From a virus (Duplodnaviria > Caudoviricetes): a stretch of DNA of 40,216 bases. The notes under the pieces were generated by a model that saw nothing but the letters and a program-made list of their open reading frames with translations, made no database searches and was not told the origin of the DNA. The position numbers and the translations under genes are program-made. Where the stretch lies: IMG/VR virus record IMGVR_UViG_3300030376_006429, positions 1 to 40,216 of that record; one strand, 5' to 3'. Of this stretch, positions 13,459 through 24,149 are shown piece by piece (the first letter of the stretch is position 1; each line of letters begins with the position of its first letter).

Positions 13459-16400
13459 ATTGTTCCTTATTAGCTTCTATTATTAACTCGATTCTATCAG
13501 CTTCTTTTTTAGCTTTTCTTAAGTCTTGAGATCCATATCCTAAATCTTTAAGCATTTTTATTTGTTGTTCTTTATTAAGCTTTTTTAAAGTTTCAAAATC
13601 TGTAGAACCGTCAGCTGCTTTGTATTTTTCTTCATACCTATTTAGTTTTCTTTCTTCCTTTTGCTCTTCAGTCATAGGACCAGCTTCAGGTTTGGCTTTT
13701 ATCTGCCACTCTGGCCAACCCGCCATCATAGCTATACTTTGCCATGTTTCTGTATCTTCAGCTAAAGCGGCATCAATATTATCATACTTTTGTAAAAGTC
13801 TATCTAAAGGAACATTAGTTGTAGCTGAAACAACTTTAGCGCCTGACATCGTGGCTGGATTATCTAAACTAAACCCTTTACTATATATTTCTTCACGCAT
13901 TTTCTTATTATCAAAAGCATAAGCGGCTTGCTTTATTTTAGATATTTTAGAGCTTATAGGCGGAGAAAACTGTGTAAGCTTCCATGCAGCATCTACATAT
14001 TCAGGTCTACTTCTATTTGACCTTTCATATATATCTAATAAAAAGTTTTTAGCAACAGATATAGAAGCACCTCCAATGCCTATACCTCTCAACAATCCAT
14101 CTAACATACCATTTACAGTTCTATTTATAGCTTTACCATTATTTTCAAATGTTTGATCTTCGTCTGCAGCTATCTTAAATAATGCATTTTGTAAACCGTT
14201 AAATATCATGTTCTGAACAAACCCGTAGTATATTATCTTACTAATATTAGCCTTAGCATCACCTCTGCCATTTTTAAGATCTTGAAAAGCTCTTTTTTGC
14301 ATACGAGCATACTGCATAGGAGTATTAGCAAACATGAGTATTAAACGACCAGCATCACTAGCTTGTTGACTAGATATTCTGCTAGGATCAGAAGATTGTT
14401 GAGACTCTTCAGAAACTTGTCTCCACTCTATTAAAGCTTGTTTTTCAGCTTCAGCTAAAGTTTTACCTTCATTTTTAATTAAATCTTTTATTCTATTACG
14501 ATAAAACGTAGCACCTCCAGTAGCAATAGCAAAGCTATCAGCATATTGAGTTGGTAAATAACCTTTTTGTAATATATATTGTATACCTGCTTTAAATTTA
14601 TTCTTACTAGTAGAAGCAGCATCAGCTATTTCACTTTCATTTATATTTAACTTAAGACCATTACGTCTATCCATTAAGTAATCAGAGTTTAATAATTTAG
14701 TTACATCTTTCCAGTATTGAGGCTGATTAGCTACAGCAGCTCCAGCTTTAAGTGGATTATTAAAACTCCAGTTAACATAGTTTATATTAGAAATCATTTG
14801 CAATGCTGCTGATCTAACGTTAAAAAACATTATAGCAGCATTAGATCCGTTAACATAATCTAACATTTGATTACTCAACCTATTGCCCCCTGTTAATCTG
14901 TTTTTACCAGATTTCATTCTAGTTAATATATTTTCTAAAGCTTCTCTGTACTTAGTTCCATATATAGCTTCAAGTTTATTTAAGTTTTGTTTACTATATA
15001 TTTGATCAACATTGTTTTGCCACTCTTCTAAATACTTAGATCTTTTACCTGTGTTTATTAAGTCTAATAAATCTGTAGTTATGGTTCCAGTTAACCAGCT
15101 TTCTCCTGGTTTAGCATATCCGTCTCCTTTAGTCACACTAAATATTTGATCTGCAAAGGCTTTTAAAACTCCATTTGTTTCAACAGAGTTGATTAGATCA
15201 GCTTTATCAGTTTTACTTAAACCAGGTGTTTCATAACCTGCTTTTTCAAACAAGTAAACTCTAACAGCTTGCTCATTGGTAAAACCTGTTTTAGCTTCTT
15301 TTCTCAAGTCTTTAGGTACGTTAAGTTGTTTTTTAAGCTCTTTAAAATCAGTTAACAGCTGTATTCTATCTCTTGATAAATTATCCATAGCTCTAGAGTA
15401 AGGATTAAGTAAGTTTTCTTTATACCAAGCCATCTGCTTATCACCTTTTTTACCTTTAGCCAATGTAGAATATATTAAACCTGTAAAATCTTCAGCAGAA
15501 TGAGGTATAAAAAACTTAAATTTACCTTTGTTAGCTCCAATTGTTCTAGCTTTAGCAGCTGAATACTCTTTAAAGTACTCTACGCCTGTAGACTCTTCTA
15601 GTAGCTTATTAAAATCCATGTTTAAGTCTTTAGAAGCTAATGCTTGTTGGACTTTAGACTTAACATCAATAACAGACATGGCGTCTTTTACAGCTTTAAC
15701 ATTTTGATAAGCATCATCAGCAAAATAAAAGTCATTATATCCTTCAGCTGCTTTATCAATTAGCCAATTAGCTTTAGCCTCACCAGTTGAATTACCTAAT
15801 CCAATTATATTTTCTTTTTTAAACTCTAAACCTTCAGCTTTTAAAAACTCATATATGGCTTCTCTTGATTCAGGTGCTCTAGCTGTTAAAACAAACAAGT
15901 CTTCGTTGCCTCTAGCTTCTTTAATCTTTTCTGCAACTTTAAATAAAGGACCACGACCACCATCTGTAACCTTATTAAAATCACTAAAATCCATTTCCCA
16001 ACCTTTTTCTTTCAACTCTAAACCTCTTTTAGCAAATTCTTCAGCGTTTAATTTTATTTCTTTACCACCTTTTTTTGCTATAACAATGTTTTTGCTAGTA
16101 GCTAGCGTATCATCAAAATCAAATACTCTAATTTTTTTAACAGGTTTGTCTTTTTCTCTAGCTAGCTTTAATGATTCATCTATAGACTTAGCTTTACCTA
16201 AAACTTCTTCTAACGTAATATCTTTACTAGCATACACAACACCTGTAGCATCTACTTCTTTTACATTATCGTTTATTACACGATTTTTTTCTTTGTAATA
16301 CTCAGCAGCTTGTTTAGCTTTAACACCTTCTGATGATAGTTTTTCATAAGGTATATCTTTTAACATTTTCTTAACAGCTTCAGCTCCGTACTTTTTAATC

Positions 16401-19400
16401 ATCATTTCAGATACCGTCATGCCAGCATACTCACCAGCTATAAACACTTGATCTTTACCTGAGTTTTCTTTAACAAAAGTGTTTACTAAATCGTTTTCTG
16501 ATACTCTACCTTTACTTCCTTTATATTCTTTAGAGTCTTTTAAACCTTGTAGCTCTTTAGGTATTAAATGTTGAGCAACTCCATCAACCATCATATCTAT
16601 TAAAGCTTCTTTATTTTTTCTAGAAGTTTTACTGTTTTTTATTTCATGAAAACGCTTCATAATGTTAAACATTTCTAAAGCATGTTCATTATGTGTTAAG
16701 TCTGTAGATTTACCTTCTTTTTGTTTTGGTTTAGTAGTTACGCTCATCATCGGCACTAAACCTCTAGGTAATCCACTTGAAGCACTTGTCTGTAGCTGAC
16801 CTAAAAACAAGCTTTCAGAATTTTTAAGATTTAGTATAGACTTAAAAAACTCTTTATAAGCATATCTATTAGCTTTATAAGTAGCATCAATAGCCTCTTG
16901 TGTGGTATTAAAGTCTTTTAACGCTTGTTGACTTGAATATATTTTTTGTTGCTCAGTTAGCCAAGATTCAGGATTTTTATCATATAGTTTAGCAAACACC
17001 TCACTTCTAGCTTTGTTGCCATCTCCTTTTCCCCATTTAGGTTGAAAAGCATATTTAGTTTTTTCTATGTATTTTTTAGTTTTTTCTTTATTTTTTACTT
17101 TACCAAAGTTAGGATCTTCTAATATGCTTCTTATAAACTCAGCGCTTGATTTAACTTCAAAGCTTTTTTTAGTCATAGTGTCTCCATTTTTAAATTTACC
17201 ACCATGACCAGTGTAGTCTCTAAACTTTAACATGCTATTAGAGTTCAAAGAATTTAACATATAACTAAAAACAGTGCTGTTTCCGGCTTCTAACATATCT
17301 AAATCTAAGTCTTTAAATATTTCTTTAATAGTATTTTGATATTCTTTTATGTTTTTATCAGTTATTGCGACAGTTCTAAATCCTTCTTTAGGACTTGCTC
17401 CTTGATATTCAACATTTAATTCTTTATAAAGCTTTTTATAATCTCCTAATTCTTTTTCAGCAAATATTTTGGCGTCTTCTATGTTTAAGCCGGTTGCTTC
17501 AGATAGATCTTTAACATAGGCATCAAAATCTTTAACATCTCTTTCTTCTATTAGTCTTTTAATTTCCTTGTTATTTGTAGGGTCATTTATAATTTTTTCA
17601 AAAGAGCTTAAAACTTCTTGAACTCCTTTTTCAGACATACCTGTTCTTCTTATTATTTCAGATATATCATTTAAATCTACTACGTCTCTACCTTCATCTC
17701 TTAAATAAGCTAAAGCTTTTAACCTTTGCTCTTGAGTAATATTCTTTATTCTCTCTATGCTTTCTATAAATATAGGTTTAGAAGCCATAGCTGGCGACTT
17801 ACCAGAAGATAAGTTTTCTTTCTCATTAGCTGTTAAACCATCCTTCTTTCTTATAGTTCTATTAGTTATAGCTTTACCTGTTTGATGTATTAAAGCTTTT
17901 ACTCTTTGATCTATTTTACCGTTTTCTTTTAATGTTTGTAACTTATCACCACTTATACCAAAGTATTCTTCAAACTTTTCTTTATTAAAAGGTTTTTTAG
18001 TTTGCTCTATTAAGCCAGGGCCTGTTTTAGCTCTTTCACCTTTTGTATAAAATTCATTTAGCAATACGGTTTGAACTCCAGTAGATGTGCCTCTAATACC
18101 TTCTCTAGCTCCTTCTCCAGCCAAACCTTCAGGAAGCAAGTCGTAAAGCATTTTACCGTTATCTCTTATAAACTCTTGAGATGATACAACTTCTTTACCA
18201 GATAATCTTGTAGATCCTTTTTTAACTTGACCATTGTCATCATTAACTTTAGATTCTTTTACACCAAACTCAGATGCTACGTTTGAAAGATCAGGGGTTT
18301 CTTTGTAAGACTCTGGTAATTTATCTAATCTAGTGGATATATTTTCTTCTGTAGATTTTTGTTTAGTAGGTTCTATAATAGTTATTGGTTCTATTAAAGC
18401 TTTACCTTCAGCATCTGTTTTACCTTCTTCAAATTCAACTCTCTCAACTCCACCAACGGCATCTTCCATTTTCATAGTTTCCATAGCTATTTCAGCTCCT
18501 TCACCACTTATAACATCTTTAAATATTATTTTATTACCTTCTCTAAAACCCAGTTTAGATTCAACTATAGCGTTACCTATCTGTAATCTTAAATTGTCTA
18601 TAGCATATGCGCCGAATGGTACTTCTAAATTTTCTACTTGTCTTTTTCTTTCAGCAAACTGTTCAGTTGTTTCACCAGCTTTTTGCTTCATATTTTTAGT
18701 TTCACCATATAACTCAGCATATCTATAAAGCTTTTTATCTAAAGCTTCTTTCATAGCATCTCTATCAGTAGAACTTTTAAAATTAAAATCAGATTTAGCT
18801 TCCCACGTTTTTAAAACATTTTCAACCAGTGGAGTATTGTTCCAGTATAAGTTAAATACGTCAGCGTCTGTTTTAGCCTCGTAAGCTGTAGGTAATTCTT
18901 CTCTAGCTTGATTAGCTTTTATTTCTTTAACTACTTTTTCATTTTCTGCTGCTCTTTCTATAGAAGAAGCTTTTATATCAAGACCTTCTTTAGAAGCCAT
19001 TGTTTTAGCTTTCTTGTAATTAGCGTCGATGTTTGCTGGATAATATTCTACATCTGATAAATCTACTTTACCTAAAGCTGCAAATTGACTAGCTGACACA
19101 TCGGAAACATAACCTCTTTGGTATTCTTTACCTAAATCACCTAGCATTTTAACTAGGTCTTCAGCTGTCTTAGGTTCACCAAAATTACCTAATCCATACT
19201 TTTTTCTAATTAATCTAAACTCAGATTTTAATTCTTTAACTAAAGAGCCAGCTAAGTATTTGTTTTGGTAATACATTTTAGGATCTGATAGAAACTCAGT
19301 TAAGAAAGCTATATACTCTTCACCTTGTATATTTTTATCTTTATACTGTTCTTGTATACCTCTTCTTAATTCAGTGTCTTTAAACGCACCGAAATCAACT

Positions 19401-22400
19401 CCTTTAAACATCTCACGCATCTTGTTAGTAAATATAGTTTTAGCTTCTGGATTATTTTTAAAGTAAGCGTTAAAAACTACGTGAGATAATTCATGTAAAG
19501 GTTTTCCAGGAGTGTATTTATCTATATCTATTTCTATTTTATTTGTTTCAGAGTTAAATTGAGCCGTGTTGCCCTTTTCTTTTAAACCACTAGCTTGATC
19601 TCCTTTTAAAAACACAACTTCTGGAGGTGTGAATGTTGACTCTCCGTTTTTGTTTTTCTTAGCAGCTTCTCCAATAGCTTTAAATATAGGATTTGTTATC
19701 TGGTTATTAAAATTCTTTTCAAAATCTGGATTTAATTCAAACTCTCCTTTTTCGTTTTTTATTCTTTCTCCAGTTAAAGGATCTGTAGCAAATGGATTTA
19801 AAGACTGATATTGAGTTCTTATACTCATCATTTGATCTACAGTCTTTATAGTTTCACTAACCTTAGAAATTTTATCTATAATAACTTTGGCTTGTTTTCC
19901 TTCTGGAGTGTTTTGTTTAGAAAGATTAAATAGTTGCTCTTGTATTTTGTAGTTTTTATCACCCCTAGTTACAGGTATTTGTTTTCCATCTTTATTTAAC
20001 TTTGGCTCTGGTATTATATTAATACCATTTTCTACTAATAATCTTTGCCCTTCTTTTGTTAGTTCATTAGATCTATTAGAAAGCTTGTTCATTTCTCTAC
20101 CTAAACTACTATTAGATTGGAAATCTCTAAGTTTTAAATGTTGAACACCAGTTAGTTTAAACATCATTACATTAGACAAAAACCTTTTAGTAGCTTCATC
20201 AGTATCTCCATATAAACTATCCATTGCTGTTCTAAAATCTCCATTGTCTAACATATCATCAACAACAGCATGTATTATTTCACTACCTTCTATAGACATA
20301 GCTCCAGCAGGTCCAGCTTTAGCATATTTATCCATTAAAGTGTTTAAACCCACCCTATGTTTTTTAAAGAATTTTATAGGTTCAAAAACTTTCCCTAACC
20401 CAAAGAACATCGCACCTGTACCTAAACCGAAGTCAGCAGTAGTTGCTTGCATTTTAAGCTCTTCTTTACCAGCCATAGCTACTGTTCTCCAAAACTTAGG
20501 TAATCTAGCTATTGCAGTCGGTGTTCCCATACCACCTGTAGCGGCTTCAAATAAAGCAAATTCAAGTAGAGTAGGTACAAAGCCACCTGTAGCGTTAGCT
20601 GTCATTTCAGATAACCCCATTTCAAAGTTTTCTTTTTGCTCTGGACTTAGTTTTATAGGTTCTGCTTTACCAGTTTGTACACTCTTAGAGTTGTTTACTA
20701 TAGATACAACTTTTTGTATTTCATCTAATTTATTTCTAGAACTTTCACCTAGTACTTTTTTTACTTCTTCCTGGTTGTAACCACCCCACTGCATTAAAGC
20801 TGCTTCGCCAGTAGCTCTACCTCCAGTTTCTATAAAGCCTAAAACATCTTTTACTATACCTTCTCCTCTATCTGTAGGTTTTTTAATTAAAGAAGGGTCT
20901 TCACCTAGTTCTACTAGCTTATATAAACCTCTAATTTCAGCTTCGGTTTCTAACTTCTCTTCTTCCCAGATTCTATAATTTAAAATATCTTCACCTTTTT
21001 TTCTAGCTAAAACATTATCTAATCCGCCTTTGTAACCACCAGCTTCTTCAGTTCTAACACCTAAGTTATATAGATCGTTATAGGTTAACTCAATTTCTTT
21101 TATGTCTTTTAAAGTTTCTGTATCTACCAACCTAACTCCTCCAATAGCAAACTGATCAGTAACTGTAGATATATTAAAGCCTTTCGCATTTAAATAATTT
21201 TTAACTTTAATTATTTCTGAAGCTTCTTCAATTAATAAATCTTTTAAATTAACTTTAATTTTATCTTTTCTACCTCTACTATCTAAGTATTCTGTTTCTA
21301 GTATTTTATTATTCAACAAATTTCTACTTAAATCTCTAGCTGACAAGTTTTCTAAATCAGTTCCTTCACTAGCAAACATGTTTAAAGCTGTGCCCATTTT
21401 AGCCGCGTTAGCTTCTATTTGTTTTAACTCTTCTTTCTTCTTATCAGAAACATTTAAAGTGTTTACCCAGTTGCCAGTGGCATCCCAAACACCACCACCA
21501 AGCTCTTTTTGTTTTTTAACTAGCTCTTCTTTTTGCTTTTTAAATTCAATTATTCTAGTATTATCTTGTGAGCTTTTACCTTTTTTTAATTCTAATTGTT
21601 GAATTTGCTCGTCAATATCTGAAATGTTAGCATTTAAGTTTTTTAACTCTACTTGGCCCTCTGTTAAATTATTTTCTAATACGCTTATTTTAGATTTCTT
21701 GTATTCCTGACTAGCCTCGTTTCTGCCAAGGTAATTTACAGCGTCTTCTTGAATCCTGTCGTTAGCTATATCTTCAGACTTAGCATCAATGAGCGTACTC
21801 ATGTTATTTGTTTTGTATATAGCTTGAAAGCTATCTTTAGTTATGTTTAACCCTGTTTGTTCTTTAACATTGTTATAAACATAATTTTCAAATATCTTTT
21901 GCTCACTATCATTTAGCTTGTTAAAACTAGCTGATAAAGATTCATTTTCTGTTCTTATACCTGGAAAAACTTTTTTAAGGTTTGTAGCAGCATCTATAGC
22001 CACTCCTTCAATACTATTAACTATTGTTAACATTTCGCTGGCATCAGGGTTTCTACTTTTACCACCGTAAGTAACACCTAGTTCTTTTGGTAAAAATGGA
22101 GCTGCTTGTCCTTCTTCTTCTATTATTTCTACTTGATCATACAAGTCGTTTGTTGAAGTATCTCCATAGTCGTCATAATCAACAGTCAAACCTGTTTTGC
22201 TATACACTTCTTGTTTTACAGGGTCTGTTTCAGTCTTTTTACTTACAAACTCCTTAAACTCATTAAAATCACTAAATTGAAAAGATGTACCTGCTAGATC
22301 AAAGCTTTCTTCTTCACCAGTTGATTTATTTTTAACAGTAATACCGTTTATATCAAAAATTGATTCTTCAAATTCAAAGTTAGGATAAAGCTTAGCTAGC

Positions 22401-22708
22401 TTTTCTTTATTTTTCTTTAAGAAGTTTTCTTCAGTATCTGTCCAGTCTTGCTCTGTTATTTCAAGTTTTTCTTCTTTAACAGGTTCTTTAACTGTTTCCT
22501 TAACTGTATCTTGCTTTACATTTGAAAACCCAATATCAGTTTTAAAAGTTTCAATATCCGGTATTTCAAAGTTTTCACTAATCATGCTTTCTCTAAACTG
22601 TGAAAGCTTAGACTCATCTTGCATGTCTAATTTAAAAGTTTCGTAATCCGGTAAATCAAAAACTTCTAAACCGTTTTTATAAAGTTGACTTAATACTTTT
22701 TCGTTCAT
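13457..22708 (-). CDS. Giant virion/ejected polyvalent protein (about 3080 aa) with HExxH metallopeptidase motif and HAD phosphatase domain
   Basis: Last gene of the structural module; HELSH...EEYIA; VFDFDDTL...VLTAR...K...FADD; probable start MNEKVL at 22708, just after the upstream stop (track gives 22747). Confidence 0.8.
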   Translation of the reverse strand: MNEKVLSQLYKNGLEVFDLPDYETFKLDMQDESKLSQFRESMISENFEIPDIETFKTDIGFSNVKQDTVKETVKEPVKEEKLEITEQDWTDTEENFLKKNKEKLAKLYPNFEFEESIFDINGITVKNKSTGEEESFDLAGTSFQFSDFNEFKEFVSKKTETDPVKQEVYSKTGLTVDYDDYGDTSTNDLYDQVEIIEEEGQAAPFLPKELGVTYGGKSRNPDASEMLTIVNSIEGVAIDAATNLKKVFPGIRTENESLSASFNKLNDSEQKIFENYVYNNVKEQTGLNITKDSFQAIYKTNNMSTLIDAKSEDIANDRIQEDAVNYLGRNEASQEYKKSKISVLENNLTEGQVELKNLNANISDIDEQIQQLELKKGKSSQDNTRIIEFKKQKEELVKKQKELGGGVWDATGNWVNTLNVSDKKKEELKQIEANAAKMGTALNMFASEGTDLENLSARDLSRNLLNNKILETEYLDSRGRKDKIKVNLKDLLIEEASEIIKVKNYLNAKGFNISTVTDQFAIGGVRLVDTETLKDIKEIELTYNDLYNLGVRTEEAGGYKGGLDNVLARKKGEDILNYRIWEEEKLETEAEIRGLYKLVELGEDPSLIKKPTDRGEGIVKDVLGFIETGGRATGEAALMQWGGYNQEEVKKVLGESSRNKLDEIQKVVSIVNNSKSVQTGKAEPIKLSPEQKENFEMGLSEMTANATGGFVPTLLEFALFEAATGGMGTPTAIARLPKFWRTVAMAGKEELKMQATTADFGLGTGAMFFGLGKVFEPIKFFKKHRVGLNTLMDKYAKAGPAGAMSIEGSEIIHAVVDDMLDNGDFRTAMDSLYGDTDEATKRFLSNVMMFKLTGVQHLKLRDFQSNSSLGREMNKLSNRSNELTKEGQRLLVENGINIIPEPKLNKDGKQIPVTRGDKNYKIQEQLFNLSKQNTPEGKQAKVIIDKISKVSETIKTVDQMMSIRTQYQSLNPFATDPLTGERIKNEKGEFELNPDFEKNFNNQITNPIFKAIGEAAKKNKNGESTFTPPEVVFLKGDQASGLKEKGNTAQFNSETNKIEIDIDKYTPGKPLHELSHVVFNAYFKNNPEAKTIFTNKMREMFKGVDFGAFKDTELRRGIQEQYKDKNIQGEEYIAFLTEFLSDPKMYYQNKYLAGSLVKELKSEFRLIRKKYGLGNFGEPKTAEDLVKMLGDLGKEYQRGYVSDVSASQFAALGKVDLSDVEYYPANIDANYKKAKTMASKEGLDIKASSIERAAENEKVVKEIKANQAREELPTAYEAKTDADVFNLYWNNTPLVENVLKTWEAKSDFNFKSSTDRDAMKEALDKKLYRYAELYGETKNMKQKAGETTEQFAERKRQVENLEVPFGAYAIDNLRLQIGNAIVESKLGFREGNKIIFKDVISGEGAEIAMETMKMEDAVGGVERVEFEEGKTDAEGKALIEPITIIEPTKQKSTEENISTRLDKLPESYKETPDLSNVASEFGVKESKVNDDNGQVKKGSTRLSGKEVVSSQEFIRDNGKMLYDLLPEGLAGEGAREGIRGTSTGVQTVLLNEFYTKGERAKTGPGLIEQTKKPFNKEKFEEYFGISGDKLQTLKENGKIDQRVKALIHQTGKAITNRTIRKKDGLTANEKENLSSGKSPAMASKPIFIESIERIKNITQEQRLKALAYLRDEGRDVVDLNDISEIIRRTGMSEKGVQEVLSSFEKIINDPTNNKEIKRLIEERDVKDFDAYVKDLSEATGLNIEDAKIFAEKELGDYKKLYKELNVEYQGASPKEGFRTVAITDKNIKEYQNTIKEIFKDLDLDMLEAGNSTVFSYMLNSLNSNSMLKFRDYTGHGGKFKNGDTMTKKSFEVKSSAEFIRSILEDPNFGKVKNKEKTKKYIEKTKYAFQPKWGKGDGNKARSEVFAKLYDKNPESWLTEQQKIYSSQQALKDFNTTQEAIDATYKANRYAYKEFFKSILNLKNSESLFLGQLQTSASSGLPRGLVPMMSVTTKPKQKEGKSTDLTHNEHALEMFNIMKRFHEIKNSKTSRKNKEALIDMMVDGVAQHLIPKELQGLKDSKEYKGSKGRVSENDLVNTFVKENSGKDQVFIAGEYAGMTVSEMMIKKYGAEAVKKMLKDIPYEKLSSEGVKAKQAAEYYKEKNRVINDNVKEVDATGVVYASKDITLEEVLGKAKSIDESLKLAREKDKPVKKIRVFDFDDTLATSKNIVIAKKGGKEIKLNAEEFAKRGLELKEKGWEMDFSDFNKVTDGGRGPLFKVAEKIKEARGNEDLFVLTARAPESREAIYEFLKAEGLEFKKENIIGLGNSTGEAKANWLIDKAAEGYNDFYFADDAYQNVKAVKDAMSVIDVKSKVQQALASKDLNMDFNKLLEESTGVEYFKEYSAAKARTIGANKGKFKFFIPHSAEDFTGLIYSTLAKGKKGDKQMAWYKENLLNPYSRAMDNLSRDRIQLLTDFKELKKQLNVPKDLRKEAKTGFTNEQAVRVYLFEKAGYETPGLSKTDKADLINSVETNGVLKAFADQIFSVTKGDGYAKPGESWLTGTITTDLLDLINTGKRSKYLEEWQNNVDQIYSKQNLNKLEAIYGTKYREALENILTRMKSGKNRLTGGNRLSNQMLDYVNGSNAAIMFFNVRSAALQMISNINYVNWSFNNPLKAGAAVANQPQYWKDVTKLLNSDYLMDRRNGLKLNINESEIADAASTSKNKFKAGIQYILQKGYLPTQYADSFAIATGGATFYRNRIKDLIKNEGKTLAEAEKQALIEWRQVSEESQQSSDPSRISSQQASDAGRLILMFANTPMQYARMQKRAFQDLKNGRGDAKANISKIIYYGFVQNMIFNGLQNALFKIAADEDQTFENNGKAINRTVNGMLDGLLRGIGIGGASISVAKNFLLDIYERSNRSRPEYVDAAWKLTQFSPPISSKISKIKQAAYAFDNKKMREEIYSKGFSLDNPATMSGAKVVSATTNVPLDRLLQKYDNIDAALAEDTETWQSIAMMAGWPEWQIKAKPEAGPMTEEQKEERKLNRYEEKYKAADGSTDFETLKKLNKEQQIKMLKDLGYGSQDLRKAKKEADRIELIIEANKEQ

Positions 22709-22709
22709 A

Positions 22710-24146
22710 TTAACTATTATAAGCTTTTTTCTTTTTTGGAGTTGCACCTATAAAAGCCTCGTCTAAAGCTTTGTTGTCTTCTAATAGATTGTTGAAGTTA
22801 GGATATACTTCCCAATTCACTCCTGTCTTAATATATAGCGCGTTAGGTTTAGCTTTTTTCATTAAACCAGAATCCATAAGTGCTTGTCCAGAAGCATATT
22901 TATCCGGGTTTATGCTTGTAAATTTCTTAAGAATTCTTACCTTCTTTTGAGTTGGAGACAATGGCATTATTTGCACCTCTTTTTGACCTCCCATATTTGT
23001 AGTAACCGTTGATGTGCCTTTTAAGTTTTCATCTATCCAAGAACTATAAGATAAATTAGATCGTTTTTTATTGTTATTGCCACCGCTGTTATTTAAACTA
23101 CTTGGCTTTGCCTCAACAGTTGTTTCACTAGTAGTTTCTGATCTAACTTTAGGACCCCATGCTTTATCAGCTTTATCGTACATTAACTCAAAAGCCTCAT
23201 CTCTTTGTTTTTGACTATTAACCCAAGGTTCTTTATTTCCAGTTATATTAGCCCAGTAAGAAGGCATACTTTTTTGATCATCTAACATTACGTTGACAAG
23301 AGCTGTTAAATCTGTTTTATAGTTAGACCCTTTACCTGTGTATGTTACATTTTTAATCACCTCTTTTTTAGTGCCATCTGCGTCGTATGTAGTATCTGAA
23401 ATTTGCTTAGTATAGTTTTTAGCATTTTCTTTTAACATGTTTTTCATAGGCTGTTCTGCAGCTGCAGTAAAATCTGTTTCTATAAACTTAATAGGGTATT
23501 TAGCATTTTCACCAGACATAATATCATTTAAACCTTGTAATGATATTTCTTGTCCAGTTATTTTATGCTTTATCATAGACTTACCATTAACAATACTGTA
23601 TTCTACATTGCCATTTTTATCAGGACTATTCATGTCATTTACTATCTGAACTATGTTACCAACTTCCTCTGCTAAAGCAGGATCAGAAGGCACCAGAACA
23701 GTTCCAACTTCACCAGGTTTTAACCCTTTAGCTTCTTGTAATTTATTACTTAAAGCACCTATATTTGGAACCGCTTTACCAAAAACATCTAAAACATTAT
23801 CATACGAAGCAACCTCTTTAGCGCCGTCCATTACATCTAAATCACCTAGTTTCATTTTGGAATTAGCTCTAGCTGTTTTAACTGCTAAATCCATCATTTG
23901 ATTCCTAACGCTTTCGTTAAAACCTCCTTCACCTAGATCTTGTCCAGCTATAAGTTTTAGGTTTTCTCTAATTTCATCTTGTTCTTCTTTTTCAACTTCT
24001 GCAATTCTGTCATTTTGCTTTTTCCACTCTTCAAGTTTGTAAGCATATTCAGTATCTTTATTAAACTTTACACCTCTTGCAGCTTCCGTTGTTAATCCAC
24101 TTATTCCAGTTAATCTACCTGGTCTTATTGTTTTTACTCTTGGCAT
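22710..24146 (-). CDS. Probable internal virion (ejection) protein
   Basis: 478 aa, helical and charged; positioned between tail genes and the giant protein as for podovirus core proteins. Confidence 0.55.
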   Translation of the reverse strand: MPRVKTIRPGRLTGISGLTTEAARGVKFNKDTEYAYKLEEWKKQNDRIAEVEKEEQDEIRENLKLIAGQDLGEGGFNESVRNQMMDLAVKTARANSKMKLGDLDVMDGAKEVASYDNVLDVFGKAVPNIGALSNKLQEAKGLKPGEVGTVLVPSDPALAEEVGNIVQIVNDMNSPDKNGNVEYSIVNGKSMIKHKITGQEISLQGLNDIMSGENAKYPIKFIETDFTAAAEQPMKNMLKENAKNYTKQISDTTYDADGTKKEVIKNVTYTGKGSNYKTDLTALVNVMLDDQKSMPSYWANITGNKEPWVNSQKQRDEAFELMYDKADKAWGPKVRSETTSETTVEAKPSSLNNSGGNNNKKRSNLSYSSWIDENLKGTSTVTTNMGGQKEVQIMPLSPTQKKVRILKKFTSINPDKYASGQALMDSGLMKKAKPNALYIKTGVNWEVYPNFNNLLEDNKALDEAFIGATPKKKKAYNS

Positions 24147-24149
24147 AGT

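Noticed and set aside
16100-16130. DFDD as a virion RNA polymerase active site (DxDxD, as in crAss-like phages)
   Set aside because: Context is DFDDT with downstream TAR, K and DD, which is the HAD motif set; no DxDGD or DFDID seen in the giant protein.
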